From: a virus
Taxonomy: Duplodnaviria > Caudoviricetes
Virus record (IMG/VR): IMGVR_UViG_3300031992_000029
Coordinates: 1-64,000 of that record
Reading direction: 5' to 3' (one strand)
Length of the DNA stretch: 64,000 bases
The notes beneath the pieces are model-generated. The model searched no databases. It was not told the DNA's origin and was given only the letters and a program-made list of their open reading frames with translations. Shown in pieces: positions 16,007-26,638 of the stretch (positions within the stretch are counted from its first letter, which is position 1; each line of letters begins with the position of its first letter). A program made the translations under genes and the position numbers.

Positions 16007-17474
16007 GCGCGGAAAAACAGATTTCGATAAGTTAGTACGGTTAACCAGTAAATTCTCTTCGATGACCAGACTTATCGCAAGAGATCTTAATAACTATAGA
16101 AATGCACCTACATTTTCACTGTACTCCAAAGATGACATTATCAAATATCTAAGCGATCCATATAGATATGAGAGACAGCTTAGAAGAGCTGTTATATACA
16201 TTTACGGAGCCAGTCCTCACTTCAGGAGGATTGTTCAGTATTTTGTCGGGTTAAGCGACTTAGCTTATATCGTAGAACCATATCGTATTGATCCGAGGAA
16301 GGCGAATGTAAGAACGTTAGGTAACAACTACCGCAAGACACTTAACATGCTTTCTTCTATGAATATAAAGACACAGATTCCGAAGGTACTAACGGTATGT
16401 TTTAGAGAAGACGTATTCTATGGATACTTTTGGATGTCAAATGATAGTATAACTATCCAGCAGCTACCTAGCGATTATTGCGCAATCTCATCCATTGAGG
16501 GTAATGTACCCAACGTCACATTTAATTTCTCATATTTCGATTCGTACCCAGGTCTTTTGGAATACTATCCACAAGAATTCACAACTAAATATAGGATGTA
16601 TCAAAAGGATCGCGCAACGAGATGGATCGAGTTAGATTCTCCGTATGCGTTTGCTATTAAATGCAATGCTGATATTTTGGATTACGCCATACCGCCATTC
16701 GCAGGACTTTTAAGAGAAGTGTATGATCTTGAAGATTATAGAAATATGAAGCTCACGAAGACTGCGCTTGAGAACTATGCGATGATTGGTATGAAATTGC
16801 CTATGGATGACGATGGTAACTTCTTGATTGACTTTAAGAAGGCGAAAGAGTTTTGGTATAACCTTGACAGTGTACTCCCAGAGGAAATAGGTTCTGTGCT
16901 TACGCCAATGGAAATGACGAAGTTTAGTTTTGAGAAGTCTAACACCGGCGATACAGACACTATTGCAGAAGCGGAGAACAATCTGTTTACTGCGGCTGGT
17001 GTATCTTCTCTCCTATTTAATAACCCAAAGGCGAGTGCGAATGCTTTACTGCTATCCATTAAGTCAGATCAGAATATGACGTTTGGAGTTGTGAAGAGTG
17101 TTGGCGATGCAATCAACAGACTTATTCAATCTCAAGGGTATGGTAAGAATTTCAAAATAGAGTTTCTTGATGTAAGTACATACAACAGAAAGGAAATTGG
17201 TGACGCATATCTTAAGGCTGCGTCGTATGGCCTACCTACGATCAGCGCATATGCGGCGTCGCAGGGAATAGGACAGGCAGAACTTGATTCGATGAGTTTC
17301 TTAGAGGGTACTGTGCTTGGATTACAGGATATGTTTAGACCGATAGTTAGTTCGAACCAAACATCTAACTTGCCGGTCGAATCAAATGGGGCCACTGATG
17401 AAGGTGGAGCTCCGCAAAAAGATATTGGAGAACTCACCGATGACGGAGAACAAACCAGAGAGGGTGAGTATTAA
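15975..17474 (+). CDS. Portal protein
   Basis: 499 aa directly after TerL, acidic/Gly C-terminal tail typical of portals. Confidence 0.8.
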   Translation: MEVITDTGGSKRGKTDFDKLVRLTSKFSSMTRLIARDLNNYRNAPTFSLYSKDDIIKYLSDPYRYERQLRRAVIYIYGASPHFRRIVQYFVGLSDLAYIVEPYRIDPRKANVRTLGNNYRKTLNMLSSMNIKTQIPKVLTVCFREDVFYGYFWMSNDSITIQQLPSDYCAISSIEGNVPNVTFNFSYFDSYPGLLEYYPQEFTTKYRMYQKDRATRWIELDSPYAFAIKCNADILDYAIPPFAGLLREVYDLEDYRNMKLTKTALENYAMIGMKLPMDDDGNFLIDFKKAKEFWYNLDSVLPEEIGSVLTPMEMTKFSFEKSNTGDTDTIAEAENNLFTAAGVSSLLFNNPKASANALLLSIKSDQNMTFGVVKSVGDAINRLIQSQGYGKNFKIEFLDVSTYNRKEIGDAYLKAASYGLPTISAYAASQGIGQAELDSMSFLEGTVLGLQDMFRPIVSSNQTSNLPVESNGATDEGGAPQKDIGELTDDGEQTREGEY

Positions 17475-17656
17475 TGGATAAGTTTATTTATGTCTTCAAC
17501 AATACAGATAAGGAGTCATTGCTGGCTCATGGATATCTGTTATTAAAAGAAGATTATAATAATAATATTTTTATATTTGACGCAAATAGTTCTGATAAAC
17601 AGTTTGCGCTGTCGGATGTGGATAGTTATATAGCATCCGATACTCTTACATTTTAA
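17474..17656 (+). CDS. Small hypothetical protein
   Basis: 60 aa, TAATG overlap with the portal stop. Confidence 0.7.
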   Translation: MDKFIYVFNNTDKESLLAHGYLLLKEDYNNNIFIFDANSSDKQFALSDVDSYIASDTLTF

Positions 17657-17668
17657 TTGATTTAATGA

Positions 17669-17693
17669 CCCTGCTTATTGCAGGGCTTTTTTT
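17669..17693 (+). terminator. Intrinsic terminator
   Basis: CCCTGC-TTATT-GCAGGG-C-T7. Confidence 0.75.
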
Positions 17694-17708
17694 AATTGGA
17701 GGGTTAGG

Positions 17709-19259
17709 ATGGCTAATAAGGTTTTAAATCTTACGTTCGCATCATCTCTAACCAATCTGTGCGAAGTGAATTCGTCATTTGATTCCGGCGTATTACAAAT
17801 AGCATATGTCGGAAAAAATAGAAATCAATCTTCTATCTCCAGGGCTGTATTTGAAAGGGCTATCCCGTCTATGAGTAATGTCCCTGTCGTAGCCAACTAT
17901 AGTGTTGCCGAAAATACTATAGGCGGTCATGACATGGGAATTGTAAAGAACGACAGCGGGGATATTCGTCTCGTCAATTTTACTGAGCCACTTGGTGTAG
18001 TACCCGAAAGCCATAGGGTTTGGTTTGACGATGTAGAAGAAGATGACGGAACCGTTCACACTTATATGTTTACAGATGTTCTGCTTTGGAAGAGACAGCC
18101 TGCGTACTTCAAGATTAAGAGTGATGGGCTGACCAAGCATTCTATGGAGATCACTGTTAAAGATGGTCATAAAGAGGATGACGTATACGTTATCGACGAT
18201 ATGGAGTTTACAGCATTTTGTCTACTCGGTGACGACGTAGAGCCATGCTTTGAGTCGTCTTCGTTAGAAGTATTCTCCAACAATTTTAAGAAGCAGATGT
18301 CTGAGATGATGCAGGATTTAAAGGATTCATTTTCAATCGATACGTCTAATGACGTTGAAGATAAACACCCACAAAAATATTCGATGGAAGGAGGAGAAAA
18401 GGTATTGGACAAGAACGAACTGATTGCTGAATACGGTATTGATGTAGAGTCTCTTGATTTTTCTATCGATGACCTTACATACGAAGAGCTAAGGGAAAAG
18501 TTTGAAGCAATGAAGGTTGAACAGGCCGCTGCTGGTGATGAGAATGGTACTGGTGGAGAACCTGAGGCCGAAGAGACTTTCGCTCTGACAGGTCAGCATA
18601 TTGAAGAGATTCGTAGACAGCTTACGACTGAGACAATCGAGATGTCATGGGGAACCGAGCCTAGGTATTGGTATATCGACTGCGATATTGCCGCAGGCGA
18701 AGTGTATGCATGGGATCAGAAGGATTGGCTTATGTATGGATTTACGTATAGCGTAGACGGCGACGCCGTTTCTATTGATTTTGATTCTAAGAAGCGTAAG
18801 AAATATGCAATCGTTGATTTCGAAGGTGAGCAGGACTCTCCTATCGCTGGCATCTTTGCCCGCGCAGAACAAGCTATCAAAGACAATGCCGAGTGGGAAG
18901 CAAAATACAATACTGCCTCCTGCACTATCGCGTCTATGGAGACTGAGCTCGAAGCGCTTAGGAGCTATAAACTCGATATTGAAAAAGGCAAAGCAGATGA
19001 AGCAAGAGCAGCTCTGTTTGCCAATTTTGTAGACCTCGAAGGAATCGAGGCATTTGATGAACTTAAAGGAAACTGCTCTGATATGGAACTTGATGTTCTT
19101 GAAGAGAAATGCTATGCGCTACGTGGAAGATATGGAACGCAAGCTAAGTTCTCTGCTGAGACACAAAAGTCTCCAAAGCAAAAAGTAGTTAAGACTACTG
19201 ATTTTTCTAAAGACCCTTATGGCGGAGTCGTTGAAGAGTATCTTGGAAAAAGACAATAA
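17709..19259 (+). CDS. Prohead protease-scaffold fusion
   Basis: GGH..., HSMEI, FCLLG..VEPCFE protease-type motifs; acidic coiled-coil C-terminal half. Confidence 0.8.
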   Translation: MANKVLNLTFASSLTNLCEVNSSFDSGVLQIAYVGKNRNQSSISRAVFERAIPSMSNVPVVANYSVAENTIGGHDMGIVKNDSGDIRLVNFTEPLGVVPESHRVWFDDVEEDDGTVHTYMFTDVLLWKRQPAYFKIKSDGLTKHSMEITVKDGHKEDDVYVIDDMEFTAFCLLGDDVEPCFESSSLEVFSNNFKKQMSEMMQDLKDSFSIDTSNDVEDKHPQKYSMEGGEKVLDKNELIAEYGIDVESLDFSIDDLTYEELREKFEAMKVEQAAAGDENGTGGEPEAEETFALTGQHIEEIRRQLTTETIEMSWGTEPRYWYIDCDIAAGEVYAWDQKDWLMYGFTYSVDGDAVSIDFDSKKRKKYAIVDFEGEQDSPIAGIFARAEQAIKDNAEWEAKYNTASCTIASMETELEALRSYKLDIEKGKADEARAALFANFVDLEGIEAFDELKGNCSDMELDVLEEKCYALRGRYGTQAKFSAETQKSPKQKVVKTTDFSKDPYGGVVEEYLGKRQ

Positions 19260-19319
19260 TTACAACTATTTCTTCGGGTTGATGCCCGGATTTTGTAATG
19301 ATTCAAGGAGGAAATAATT

Positions 19320-19844
19320 ATGGCAAATAAACATGCCGTTGTCAGAACTGACAGACTTACTGGCACAGACGATCGTGCTCGTCTTATCTCTGTACGCTAT
19401 CAGCCTTCTGGCACAATGACTGCTATTGAAAATGGTAACGTTGTCCTTGTAGGTGAACTTGAGGCAGGTGCTAATGTTATCAATCGTGAAATCTTTAAAG
19501 GTGGCACCCCTACTGCATCTTCTGCACTGCGTGACATTGTACTGATCGCTACACCAGAAGTTATGTATGACGAGAGGCTTAGAAATCTTGACGAGTTTAT
19601 TAACGAAGCTGGCAGGATTTCCAGGGGTTATCGTCTGCACACTCATGATGTATTCTCTGTAACTGCTGAAGCTCTTGAGGCTGCTAACGCAAATCTGCTT
19701 GCAAAGGGTAGCGTTGTCGAGCTTATGGGTGGAACAAAGATGAAAGTTGTTCAAACTGCTACTAGTGGTTCTACTACAATCGGCAAGATTATCGATGTCA
19801 ATGTCGTTGGTCGTTACACCTACTATGCGATCGAAGTACAGTAA
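19320..19844 (+). CDS. Capsid decoration/head structural protein
   Basis: 174 aa between scaffold and capsid genes, strong RBS, high-expression codon bias. Confidence 0.65.
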   Translation: MANKHAVVRTDRLTGTDDRARLISVRYQPSGTMTAIENGNVVLVGELEAGANVINREIFKGGTPTASSALRDIVLIATPEVMYDERLRNLDEFINEAGRISRGYRLHTHDVFSVTAEALEAANANLLAKGSVVELMGGTKMKVVQTATSGSTTIGKIIDVNVVGRYTYYAIEVQ

Positions 19845-19868
19845 TAATAGGAAAGGTGGTAAAGAATA

Positions 19869-20879
19869 ATGGCAAATATTAATGATATTGTAAAACTCGC
19901 CGTTGATGCATACAAGGGCAATCTTGAGAAGTACTCTCTGAGAGATTCTCAGGAGACAATTAAACAGGCTCTGATCGAGGCTAATAATGGTAGCACCGTT
20001 CTCGACTATAGAGCAATTCGTGATGGTAAGTGCTCTGGCCTTTTCACCATCATTGAGGAAATCCTGTCCAGAACCGTAGTCGAGGGTCTGCAGGAGAATG
20101 ACTTCTTCAACGCTTTCGTAGATTTTAGAAACGTTGCTGAAGGCGATATGAATGAGTTCGTTGTTGAAGATAGCGTTCTGTTCGTTGTTGACGAAGTTGC
20201 AGATGGCACTCAGGCTCTGCGTAGGCAGAGACTTGGCGGAGAAAGTTCTGTTGCTATCCCTACATCCATGAAGATGGTTCGTATTTATGAGGAACTGAAT
20301 CGCGTTCTGTCTGGTAGGGTTGACTTCAATCATATGATTAACCTTGTTGCAGAATCCTTCAATGCTAGAATTCTGAATGACATTTATACTGTTTGGGCTG
20401 GTGCTACTGCTCAGGATATGGGTGGTGTTACTTACTTCCCTACCGCTGGTACCTATAATGAAGACGCTCTGCTTGATCTTATTGCTCATGTAGAAGCTGC
20501 CGCTGGTGGCAAGACTGCTACTATCCTTGGTACAAAGAAGGCTCTTAGGGCTCTTAAGGAGTCCATCCAGTCTGATGGCGCTAAGGACGAACTTCACAAC
20601 TTTGGTTACTATGGTAAGTTCTACGGAACACCTTGTGTCGCTATCCCTCAGAGACATAAGGTTGGAAGTACTCAGTTCCTGTATGCCGATGACATCCTGA
20701 CCATTGTTGCTGGCGACGACAAACCTATTAAGTTTGTTTACGAAGGCAATCCCATTGTCCTTATGGGCGATCCTATGACAAATATGGACTTCACTCAGGA
20801 GTATCTGTATGGAGTTAAATACGGCCTTGGCATCGTTCTTGCTGGTGGCAACGCAGGTATTGGACGTTACGAATTTTAA
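19869..20879 (+). CDS. Major capsid protein
   Basis: 336 aa, position, high-expression codon bias, followed by hairpin terminator. Confidence 0.8.
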   Translation: MANINDIVKLAVDAYKGNLEKYSLRDSQETIKQALIEANNGSTVLDYRAIRDGKCSGLFTIIEEILSRTVVEGLQENDFFNAFVDFRNVAEGDMNEFVVEDSVLFVVDEVADGTQALRRQRLGGESSVAIPTSMKMVRIYEELNRVLSGRVDFNHMINLVAESFNARILNDIYTVWAGATAQDMGGVTYFPTAGTYNEDALLDLIAHVEAAAGGKTATILGTKKALRALKESIQSDGAKDELHNFGYYGKFYGTPCVAIPQRHKVGSTQFLYADDILTIVAGDDKPIKFVYEGNPIVLMGDPMTNMDFTQEYLYGVKYGLGIVLAGGNAGIGRYEF

Positions 20880-20893
20880 AACTAATATAATTA

Positions 20894-20922
20894 ATGCGGG
20901 GTCAGCAACGGCCCCGCGTTTT
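20894..20922 (+). terminator. Intrinsic terminator after capsid gene
   Basis: GCGGGGTC-AGCAAC-GGCCCCGC-GTTTT. Confidence 0.7.
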
Positions 20923-20938
20923 GAATGAAAGGAGAAAT

Positions 20939-21463
20939 ATGGCAAGAAGAAAAGCAGTTGACGAAACAGCTGATATTACAAGTGTAGAGGCTGAATCCAA
21001 ACCAATCATTCCAAAAGATATTGACCCTAATACAATGGTATTGGTTAAAAACGGCTTTCATGGTCCGCTGATTTATGTTAGCTCTAGGACTAATGAAAGA
21101 GTTGTATGGAATGAGTTTGGTGACGAGCAAGAGATGGAACTTAAAGAGCTTCGCAACGCGAAAAGTTCTGCGAAGAAGTTCTTCGAAAATAATTGGTTTA
21201 TGTTTAGCGACGAATATAAATGGGTAGTCTCCTATCTTGGGCTTAATAAATATTATAAGTATGCTGTCAAGTTGGAAGACTTTGACGAGATATTTGAAAA
21301 GAAGCCAGAAGAGATAGCCGATATTGTTTCTAAGATGACAAATGGGCAGAAACATTCGCTATCGTACAGAGCTAGACAGCTTGTTATGAACGGAGAAATT
21401 GATTCAAGAAAGATGATTGCGGCTCTTGAGGAAGCTCTCGACACTGAATTTATTGAGAAGTAA
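20939..21463 (+). CDS. Head-associated hypothetical protein
   Basis: RBS GAAAGGAG before ATG 20939 (in frame with track ORF 20894). Confidence 0.75.
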   Translation: MARRKAVDETADITSVEAESKPIIPKDIDPNTMVLVKNGFHGPLIYVSSRTNERVVWNEFGDEQEMELKELRNAKSSAKKFFENNWFMFSDEYKWVVSYLGLNKYYKYAVKLEDFDEIFEKKPEEIADIVSKMTNGQKHSLSYRARQLVMNGEIDSRKMIAALEEALDTEFIEK

Positions 21464-21474
21464 GGAGGGCTATT

Positions 21475-21942
21475 ATGACCATTCCTTATGATACTTTTAA
21501 AGGTGCGTTCTTATCAAAAATTACAGAGTATGAATTATACAACATGTACGATTCTGGAGATGACGATGTAGCAGACGCTATTGTTGATGGCTGTATGAAA
21601 AGAACTGTGTCTAATTCTATGTTTAAAAAGGTATTTGGCATAGACTTCCTTGGTAATGCTGATGATGATAGTAGAGCGTTTAATGTAGATATTAAAGAAG
21701 ACGCACTAGACGAAATTGTCGATATTGTTTCTGAAGGTATGGTAGAGCATTGGCTCAAACCATATTTATATAATCAGGAGAATTTACAAAATATTCTCAA
21801 CACAAGAGACTATACTATGTACTCTCCTGCAGAGCTTATTCTGCGTATCGGGAACGCACACAAACAGGCTCATGCTAACTATGTGCACCTCATCCGTGAA
21901 CATAGTTATAATGTCGGAGATTTAACGAGTCTTCATTTATGA
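21475..21942 (+). CDS. Putative head-tail adaptor
   Basis: 155 aa, RBS AAGGAGG, position. Confidence 0.55.
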   Translation: MTIPYDTFKGAFLSKITEYELYNMYDSGDDDVADAIVDGCMKRTVSNSMFKKVFGIDFLGNADDDSRAFNVDIKEDALDEIVDIVSEGMVEHWLKPYLYNQENLQNILNTRDYTMYSPAELILRIGNAHKQAHANYVHLIREHSYNVGDLTSLHL

Positions 21943-22295
21943 TGGTGAAAATTAGAACCGGTGACGAAATAGACTCCGCGTTTCTTTGTAACTATTTCAA
22001 TACTCTCGTGAATCAGTTTTTTAAGATTCTCCCGATGCGAGAGGACAATGAGGAGTCGCTATTCACTTATATAGAAGAGTTGCAGGAGGAGCTAGTCGGT
22101 TTCTCTAAACTGTTTGGTGGCTTATTCGAGTACGACCAATCGTTTATATCTCTGATTAGCATTCTTCAGTACATGATTGACCACCCAGAATGTCAAGTGA
22201 TCACTACCAGGCGAAAAGTTTTTAGAGCCATTTCGATTTGTAACAAACTCAAAGCGAAATACGGAGAGGTTGGTGGTAACGATGAACAGCGTTGA
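21939..22295 (+). CDS. Hypothetical protein in head-tail module
   Basis: 118 aa helical, overlapping neighbours. Confidence 0.6.
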   Translation: MMVKIRTGDEIDSAFLCNYFNTLVNQFFKILPMREDNEESLFTYIEELQEELVGFSKLFGGLFEYDQSFISLISILQYMIDHPECQVITTRRKVFRAISICNKLKAKYGEVGGNDEQR

Positions 22296-23049
22296 TGTTT
22301 ATACCAGACGAATTGAACAAAGAGGTGGAAGTCGTAGAGGCTCTTTTAAAAATCATGCAATTCATTCTATAAATACATTCTTGCCAGATAATCTATCGTA
22401 CACGACAGTGCCGATAGATGGCATAGAGCAAACGGTAGCAATAATTAACTCTGATAACCTGGACGAAAAAACAATTTTATCTATGCCTGGTGAAACTCTT
22501 AGGCATGGTGGTCTTGTAGACTGGATGGATAACTATTGGATTATATACGAACTCGACGCAAACACTACGCTATATCAACGAGGCATACTGTGGCAATGCA
22601 ACTATCTTCTGAAGTGGGTGTCGGAAGACGGTGAAATTCATGAGCAGTGGTGTGTCGTTGAAGACGGCACAAAGTACCTTACTGGTGAAATGGAGGATAG
22701 AAACTTCATTGTAACAAGAGGCGACGCTCGTATAGCAATCACAATGCCGAAGAATGAACAAACAGTAAAACTCAATAGAGAGAATAGATTTATTGTAGAT
22801 GATCCAGAGTCAGAAAAGATGCTATGTTTTATTCTTTCCAAACCGCTTAAGGTTGGACATCAATATGGAAAGAATAATACAACAGACGGGGTATTCAAAT
22901 ACGTCCTGCAGGAAGTCACTGCTACCGGAGACGATAACTTTGAATTAAGAGTTGCGGATTATTATAAGTACTATCCGAAAGAAAACAACGCTGACGACAC
23001 AACAACACCGTCAGATAATCCTACTACAGAAGGGAGCTATTGGCTATAA
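22282..23049 (+). CDS. Putative head closure/neck protein
   Basis: Beta-rich, position; ATG 22282 in frame with track ORF 22270. Confidence 0.55.
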   Translation: MNSVDVYTRRIEQRGGSRRGSFKNHAIHSINTFLPDNLSYTTVPIDGIEQTVAIINSDNLDEKTILSMPGETLRHGGLVDWMDNYWIIYELDANTTLYQRGILWQCNYLLKWVSEDGEIHEQWCVVEDGTKYLTGEMEDRNFIVTRGDARIAITMPKNEQTVKLNRENRFIVDDPESEKMLCFILSKPLKVGHQYGKNNTTDGVFKYVLQEVTATGDDNFELRVADYYKYYPKENNADDTTTPSDNPTTEGSYWL

Positions 23050-23570
23050 TGCAACTTGAGGATTTTTACGATTATAAAAATAAATTCATGGAGCATATTC
23101 TGACAAACGAAAAAATAGTTTCTCTCCTATCTGAGAAGGATGAGGACGGCAATGACATATATACATTAGAAAACTCTAAGGATTTGATGTACAAGCAGGT
23201 GTTCCCGTTCTTATATGTGCCAGAAACGGTTCATGACGGATGTACATATATATGTTGCGATGTTGATGTTCAGGAAGCTCAAGATAAAACTTATTACGAA
23301 GCAGTCATTTATGTGTGGGTGTTCGCCCATAGGAGCAGGCTGCGGTTGCCTAATGGTGAGGGCGTGAGAACCGACAAGCTATGTTCTGAGATTGCTAAAA
23401 CAATAAATGGAAGTAGGGAGTATGGGCTGGGAGAACTTGATTTCTTTATGACGAAGAGGTTTGCACCTGTGTCAGATTATGATGGTAAGCAAATGTACTT
23501 CTACGCAACAGAATTCAACAGACAATACAATCCAAATAAATTTACTCCCTCAAACAGAAAGGGCAGATAA
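23040..23570 (+). CDS. Putative tail terminator/completion protein
   Basis: 176 aa before tail genes; likely start ATG 23049. Confidence 0.5.
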   Translation: MAIMQLEDFYDYKNKFMEHILTNEKIVSLLSEKDEDGNDIYTLENSKDLMYKQVFPFLYVPETVHDGCTYICCDVDVQEAQDKTYYEAVIYVWVFAHRSRLRLPNGEGVRTDKLCSEIAKTINGSREYGLGELDFFMTKRFAPVSDYDGKQMYFYATEFNRQYNPNKFTPSNRKGR

Positions 23571-24286
23571 TGCCTACACTAAATATGCTTTACAGGCATG
23601 AGTACGCCATAAACGATAAAATAACAATTAGAGTACCATACGTCGGAGAGGTTCTCGAAGATGAGGATGAGTACTATAACATTGTTACTCTTCTCACGGC
23701 TACGCCATACGATTTAATGGTAGAGCTAGACGATATGGGTTTAGATTTTACATCAATGAGTGATTATGATTTGTTCCTAATAGTGTTTATGTCGATAAGG
23801 GGACTCGATACAAGATATATTTTTGGCAATTTAGACTTGACGAAATTCAATCTTGAATTAAATCCACAGAACAATAAGCCGATATTGGTCGATCATGAAA
23901 ACGATATTGTTATAGATAGAGCTATACAAGGACAAATAGCTGCCACTCTAAGAAAGATTCACCACTTAGAGAGGAATAAGCGTAAGCCTGCAAACGAAGA
24001 AGCTAGGAAGTATCTCCTAGAAAGAGCAAGGGCGAAGAAGAAACGAAGTAAAAATCGACTTCAAGATTCTGAGCTCGAATCGCTAATAATTGCTATGGTT
24101 AATACCGAGCAATATAAATATAACTACGAAGAAACTTTGTCTCTTACTATATATCAGTTTAACGAAAGTGTTAAACAGATAATCAAGAAAGTTGATTATG
24201 AGCATGTAATGAACGGAGTTTACTTCGGTACAGTAGATTACAAAGGGCTAAGTCAAGACGAAAAGAATTGGCTTATCCATAAATAA
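23570..24286 (+). CDS. Tail-module hypothetical protein
   Basis: 238 aa, overlaps upstream stop, precedes tail tube. Confidence 0.55.
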   Translation: MPTLNMLYRHEYAINDKITIRVPYVGEVLEDEDEYYNIVTLLTATPYDLMVELDDMGLDFTSMSDYDLFLIVFMSIRGLDTRYIFGNLDLTKFNLELNPQNNKPILVDHENDIVIDRAIQGQIAATLRKIHHLERNKRKPANEEARKYLLERARAKKKRSKNRLQDSELESLIIAMVNTEQYKYNYEETLSLTIYQFNESVKQIIKKVDYEHVMNGVYFGTVDYKGLSQDEKNWLIHK

Positions 24287-24306
24287 TAATTAGGAGGAAT
24301 TGATAT

Positions 24307-25101
24307 ATGAATATCGGTGATCTTACAATTACCAGCCTTGAGACCATCACAGCGTTCAATGTTACTACTGGCGCTTACAAGTTCACCCTTGATGAGCTTC
24401 AGAATGCGACAATTCAGAACAGCCAGGAGACTCAGGAAATTACTGGTAAGGGTGGTCGTAGACTTTCCACTCTTAAGAGAAATAAATCCGTTACCGTTTC
24501 CGGCACCAATGGTATGATTTCCGGTGGTCTGCTGGAAGTTCAGACTGGTGGTACTTTTGAAAACAAGACCACTCAGGTACTTTGGACTGATTATCTGACT
24601 GTTAAATCCAATGCGGCTACAACCAACTATAAGGCAGTCGGTACAGCCGGTGCTGAAATCGAAGAGCTGTATATTAAGAATAATGACGGTACACTTGGTA
24701 CAGAGCTTGAGCAGGCCGCTTCTGCAGCCGAAGGCAAGTTTGCGTATGATCCTTCTACGAAGGCTCTTACATTCTCTGGCGTAGCAGACAACACTGAGAT
24801 TGTTGTTTATTACAAGAGGAACATTACTGCTGATGTCCTGTCCAACGAGTCCGACAAGTATTCTGAGAAGGCTACACTGTATATTGACGCTCTTGCAGAA
24901 GACAAGTGCGCTAATGTATATCGCGTTCAGTTCTTCATTCCGAAGGCTGACTTCTCTGGCGAGTTCCAGATTGAGATGGGCGATAACCAGGCAACTCATG
25001 ACTTTGAAGCAGAATCTCTGGCAGGTGCCTGCATTAGCGGTAGCTCCAGTCTGCTTTGGACATACACTGTATTTGGTGTAAATACTGAGGACGCTGCTTA
25101 A
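24307..25101 (+). CDS. Major tail tube protein
   Basis: 264 aa T/G/A-rich, strong RBS, high-expression codon bias, FFIPKADFSGEFQIEM. Confidence 0.75.
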   Translation: MNIGDLTITSLETITAFNVTTGAYKFTLDELQNATIQNSQETQEITGKGGRRLSTLKRNKSVTVSGTNGMISGGLLEVQTGGTFENKTTQVLWTDYLTVKSNAATTNYKAVGTAGAEIEELYIKNNDGTLGTELEQAASAAEGKFAYDPSTKALTFSGVADNTEIVVYYKRNITADVLSNESDKYSEKATLYIDALAEDKCANVYRVQFFIPKADFSGEFQIEMGDNQATHDFEAESLAGACISGSSSLLWTYTVFGVNTEDAA

Positions 25102-25185
25102 TTAAAAATATTTTACAGTATGATCTGTAATACAAAATGGGGCGCTTAGAAAACTAAGCGCCTCAGAATTTAAGGAGGAATCGAA

Positions 25186-25431
25186 ATGGCGGGTGGAAAA
25201 AGAATCTGCAAAGTATGCGGTAAGGAGTACGATTATTGCAAGACTTGGCTTAGTGAAAATAAGTTTAGATGGCAAGATGTTGCTTGTTCCGTAGAATGCG
25301 GAGCTAAGTATTTTGCCGACATCGAGGCTTCTCGTAATAAAAGTGCTGAGACTGAGGAGGCCCAAATAGCTCCTAAGAAAACTTCTCGCAGAAAAAAGAA
25401 GGCTACAGAGATAGTTACAGAAGTCGAGTAA
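25186..25431 (+). CDS. Small Zn-binding protein
   Basis: CKVC..YC..ACSVEC, RBS AAGGAGG. Confidence 0.7.
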   Translation: MAGGKRICKVCGKEYDYCKTWLSENKFRWQDVACSVECGAKYFADIEASRNKSAETEEAQIAPKKTSRRKKKATEIVTEVE

Positions 25432-25471
25432 GTTATATCAGCCAGATAAATTTCGGTCACATCTATTAGGT

Positions 25472-25975
25472 GTGGCCTATTTTATTGGGGTGATTGGAAT
25501 AGATAAAGAGATACAACTTATAATTGATAATAATGCTATTGATAGATATGCAGAGTATTATTTCAGTTTACATAAAAAGGCGCATAAAAACCCAATACCA
25601 TATCCATACCATGAAAGTATAAATACATGGATGATTATGAGAAGACCTATGATGAACGCTTTAAAACAAAGGTGGAAAGATTTCGTTCAGTGGCTTATAT
25701 CTGAACAAGGTTACGATAACCTACGTATTGATAGATGCGAGATACACCAAAAAGTTTTCTATCCTACCAAGCGGAGAAGAGATATTGATAACTCTGTCCC
25801 AAAGTTCATATTAGACGGACTGGTAGAAAGCGGAATGATTATAGACGATAGCTATAATCATATTGTCAAACTTGTATTGGAGTGCGGATTTGATAAGGAT
25901 AATCCGAGAACTGAAATTATAATATCGGTGTTAGATGAAGATACATCTACTATCAATAAAAATATAGATGAATGA
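25472..25975 (+). CDS. rusA: RusA-like Holliday junction resolvase
   Basis: RRDIDN..K..LDGL..G.I.DD..I and PRTEI motifs. Confidence 0.85.
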   Translation: MAYFIGVIGIDKEIQLIIDNNAIDRYAEYYFSLHKKAHKNPIPYPYHESINTWMIMRRPMMNALKQRWKDFVQWLISEQGYDNLRIDRCEIHQKVFYPTKRRRDIDNSVPKFILDGLVESGMIIDDSYNHIVKLVLECGFDKDNPRTEIIISVLDEDTSTINKNIDE

Positions 25976-25989
25976 AAGGAATATTTGAA

Positions 25990-26556
25990 ATGGAGAAAAT
26001 TAGTGCTGACGCATTTGTCGCAAATTATGCGACAACTGATGAATATAAAGAGATTGAGTTCTGTGACACATCGTTTATGTTAAGAGAGCACGTAGATATT
26101 GAGTCAATGATGAAAATCGTTAACACAGTTGTAAAGGCTTGTTTTATTGACGACGGAGAGTTCAGACCTGAACTTAAAGACTTTGTATTTAGGTGGCAAG
26201 TTATTGAGGAATATACAAATATTAAATTACCAGAGGAGACACGCGATCAGTATAGGTTTGTATATGAATCCGGTGTTTTCGGTACGGTGATGAACGCTAT
26301 TGACAACGAACAGATTAATGCGATCGTTAGAAGTATCGACGAGAAAATTCGTTATATCGCCGATTCTAATATAAATGAATTAGAGAGCAAGCTCAATGAA
26401 TTGTATAATAGTGCTAAAGTGCTTGTTGATAGAATTGAGGATTCTATGAGCGGTGTAGACAGTGATACAATTACTAAAATCGCATCCGCGTTTTCTGGTG
26501 ACGGTGCAATCAACACAGAGGAACTTGCAAAGGCGCTTATCGCTGCAAGAAATTGA
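25990..26556 (+). CDS. Putative tail assembly chaperone, paralog 1
   Basis: RBS AAAGGA before ATG 25990 (in frame with track ORF 25972); upstream of TMP. Confidence 0.55.
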   Translation: MEKISADAFVANYATTDEYKEIEFCDTSFMLREHVDIESMMKIVNTVVKACFIDDGEFRPELKDFVFRWQVIEEYTNIKLPEETRDQYRFVYESGVFGTVMNAIDNEQINAIVRSIDEKIRYIADSNINELESKLNELYNSAKVLVDRIEDSMSGVDSDTITKIASAFSGDGAINTEELAKALIAARN

Positions 26557-26594
26557 CTGCATTAGCAATAAATAAATATTGACAACGATAATCT

Positions 26595-26624
26595 AAGGAT
26601 TGGCTTTCGCCAATCCTTTTTTTT
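26595..26624 (+). terminator. Intrinsic terminator
   Basis: AAGGATTGGC-TTTC-GCCAATCCTT plus T run. Confidence 0.8.
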
Positions 26625-26638
26625 AATAGAGGGACGAA

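Noticed and set aside
19266-20945. 559-aa antisense ORF over the capsid genes
   Set aside because: Shadow of strongly biased codon usage in highly expressed genes; no RBS or motif
24253-24999. 248-aa antisense ORF over the tail tube gene
   Set aside because: Same codon-bias shadow
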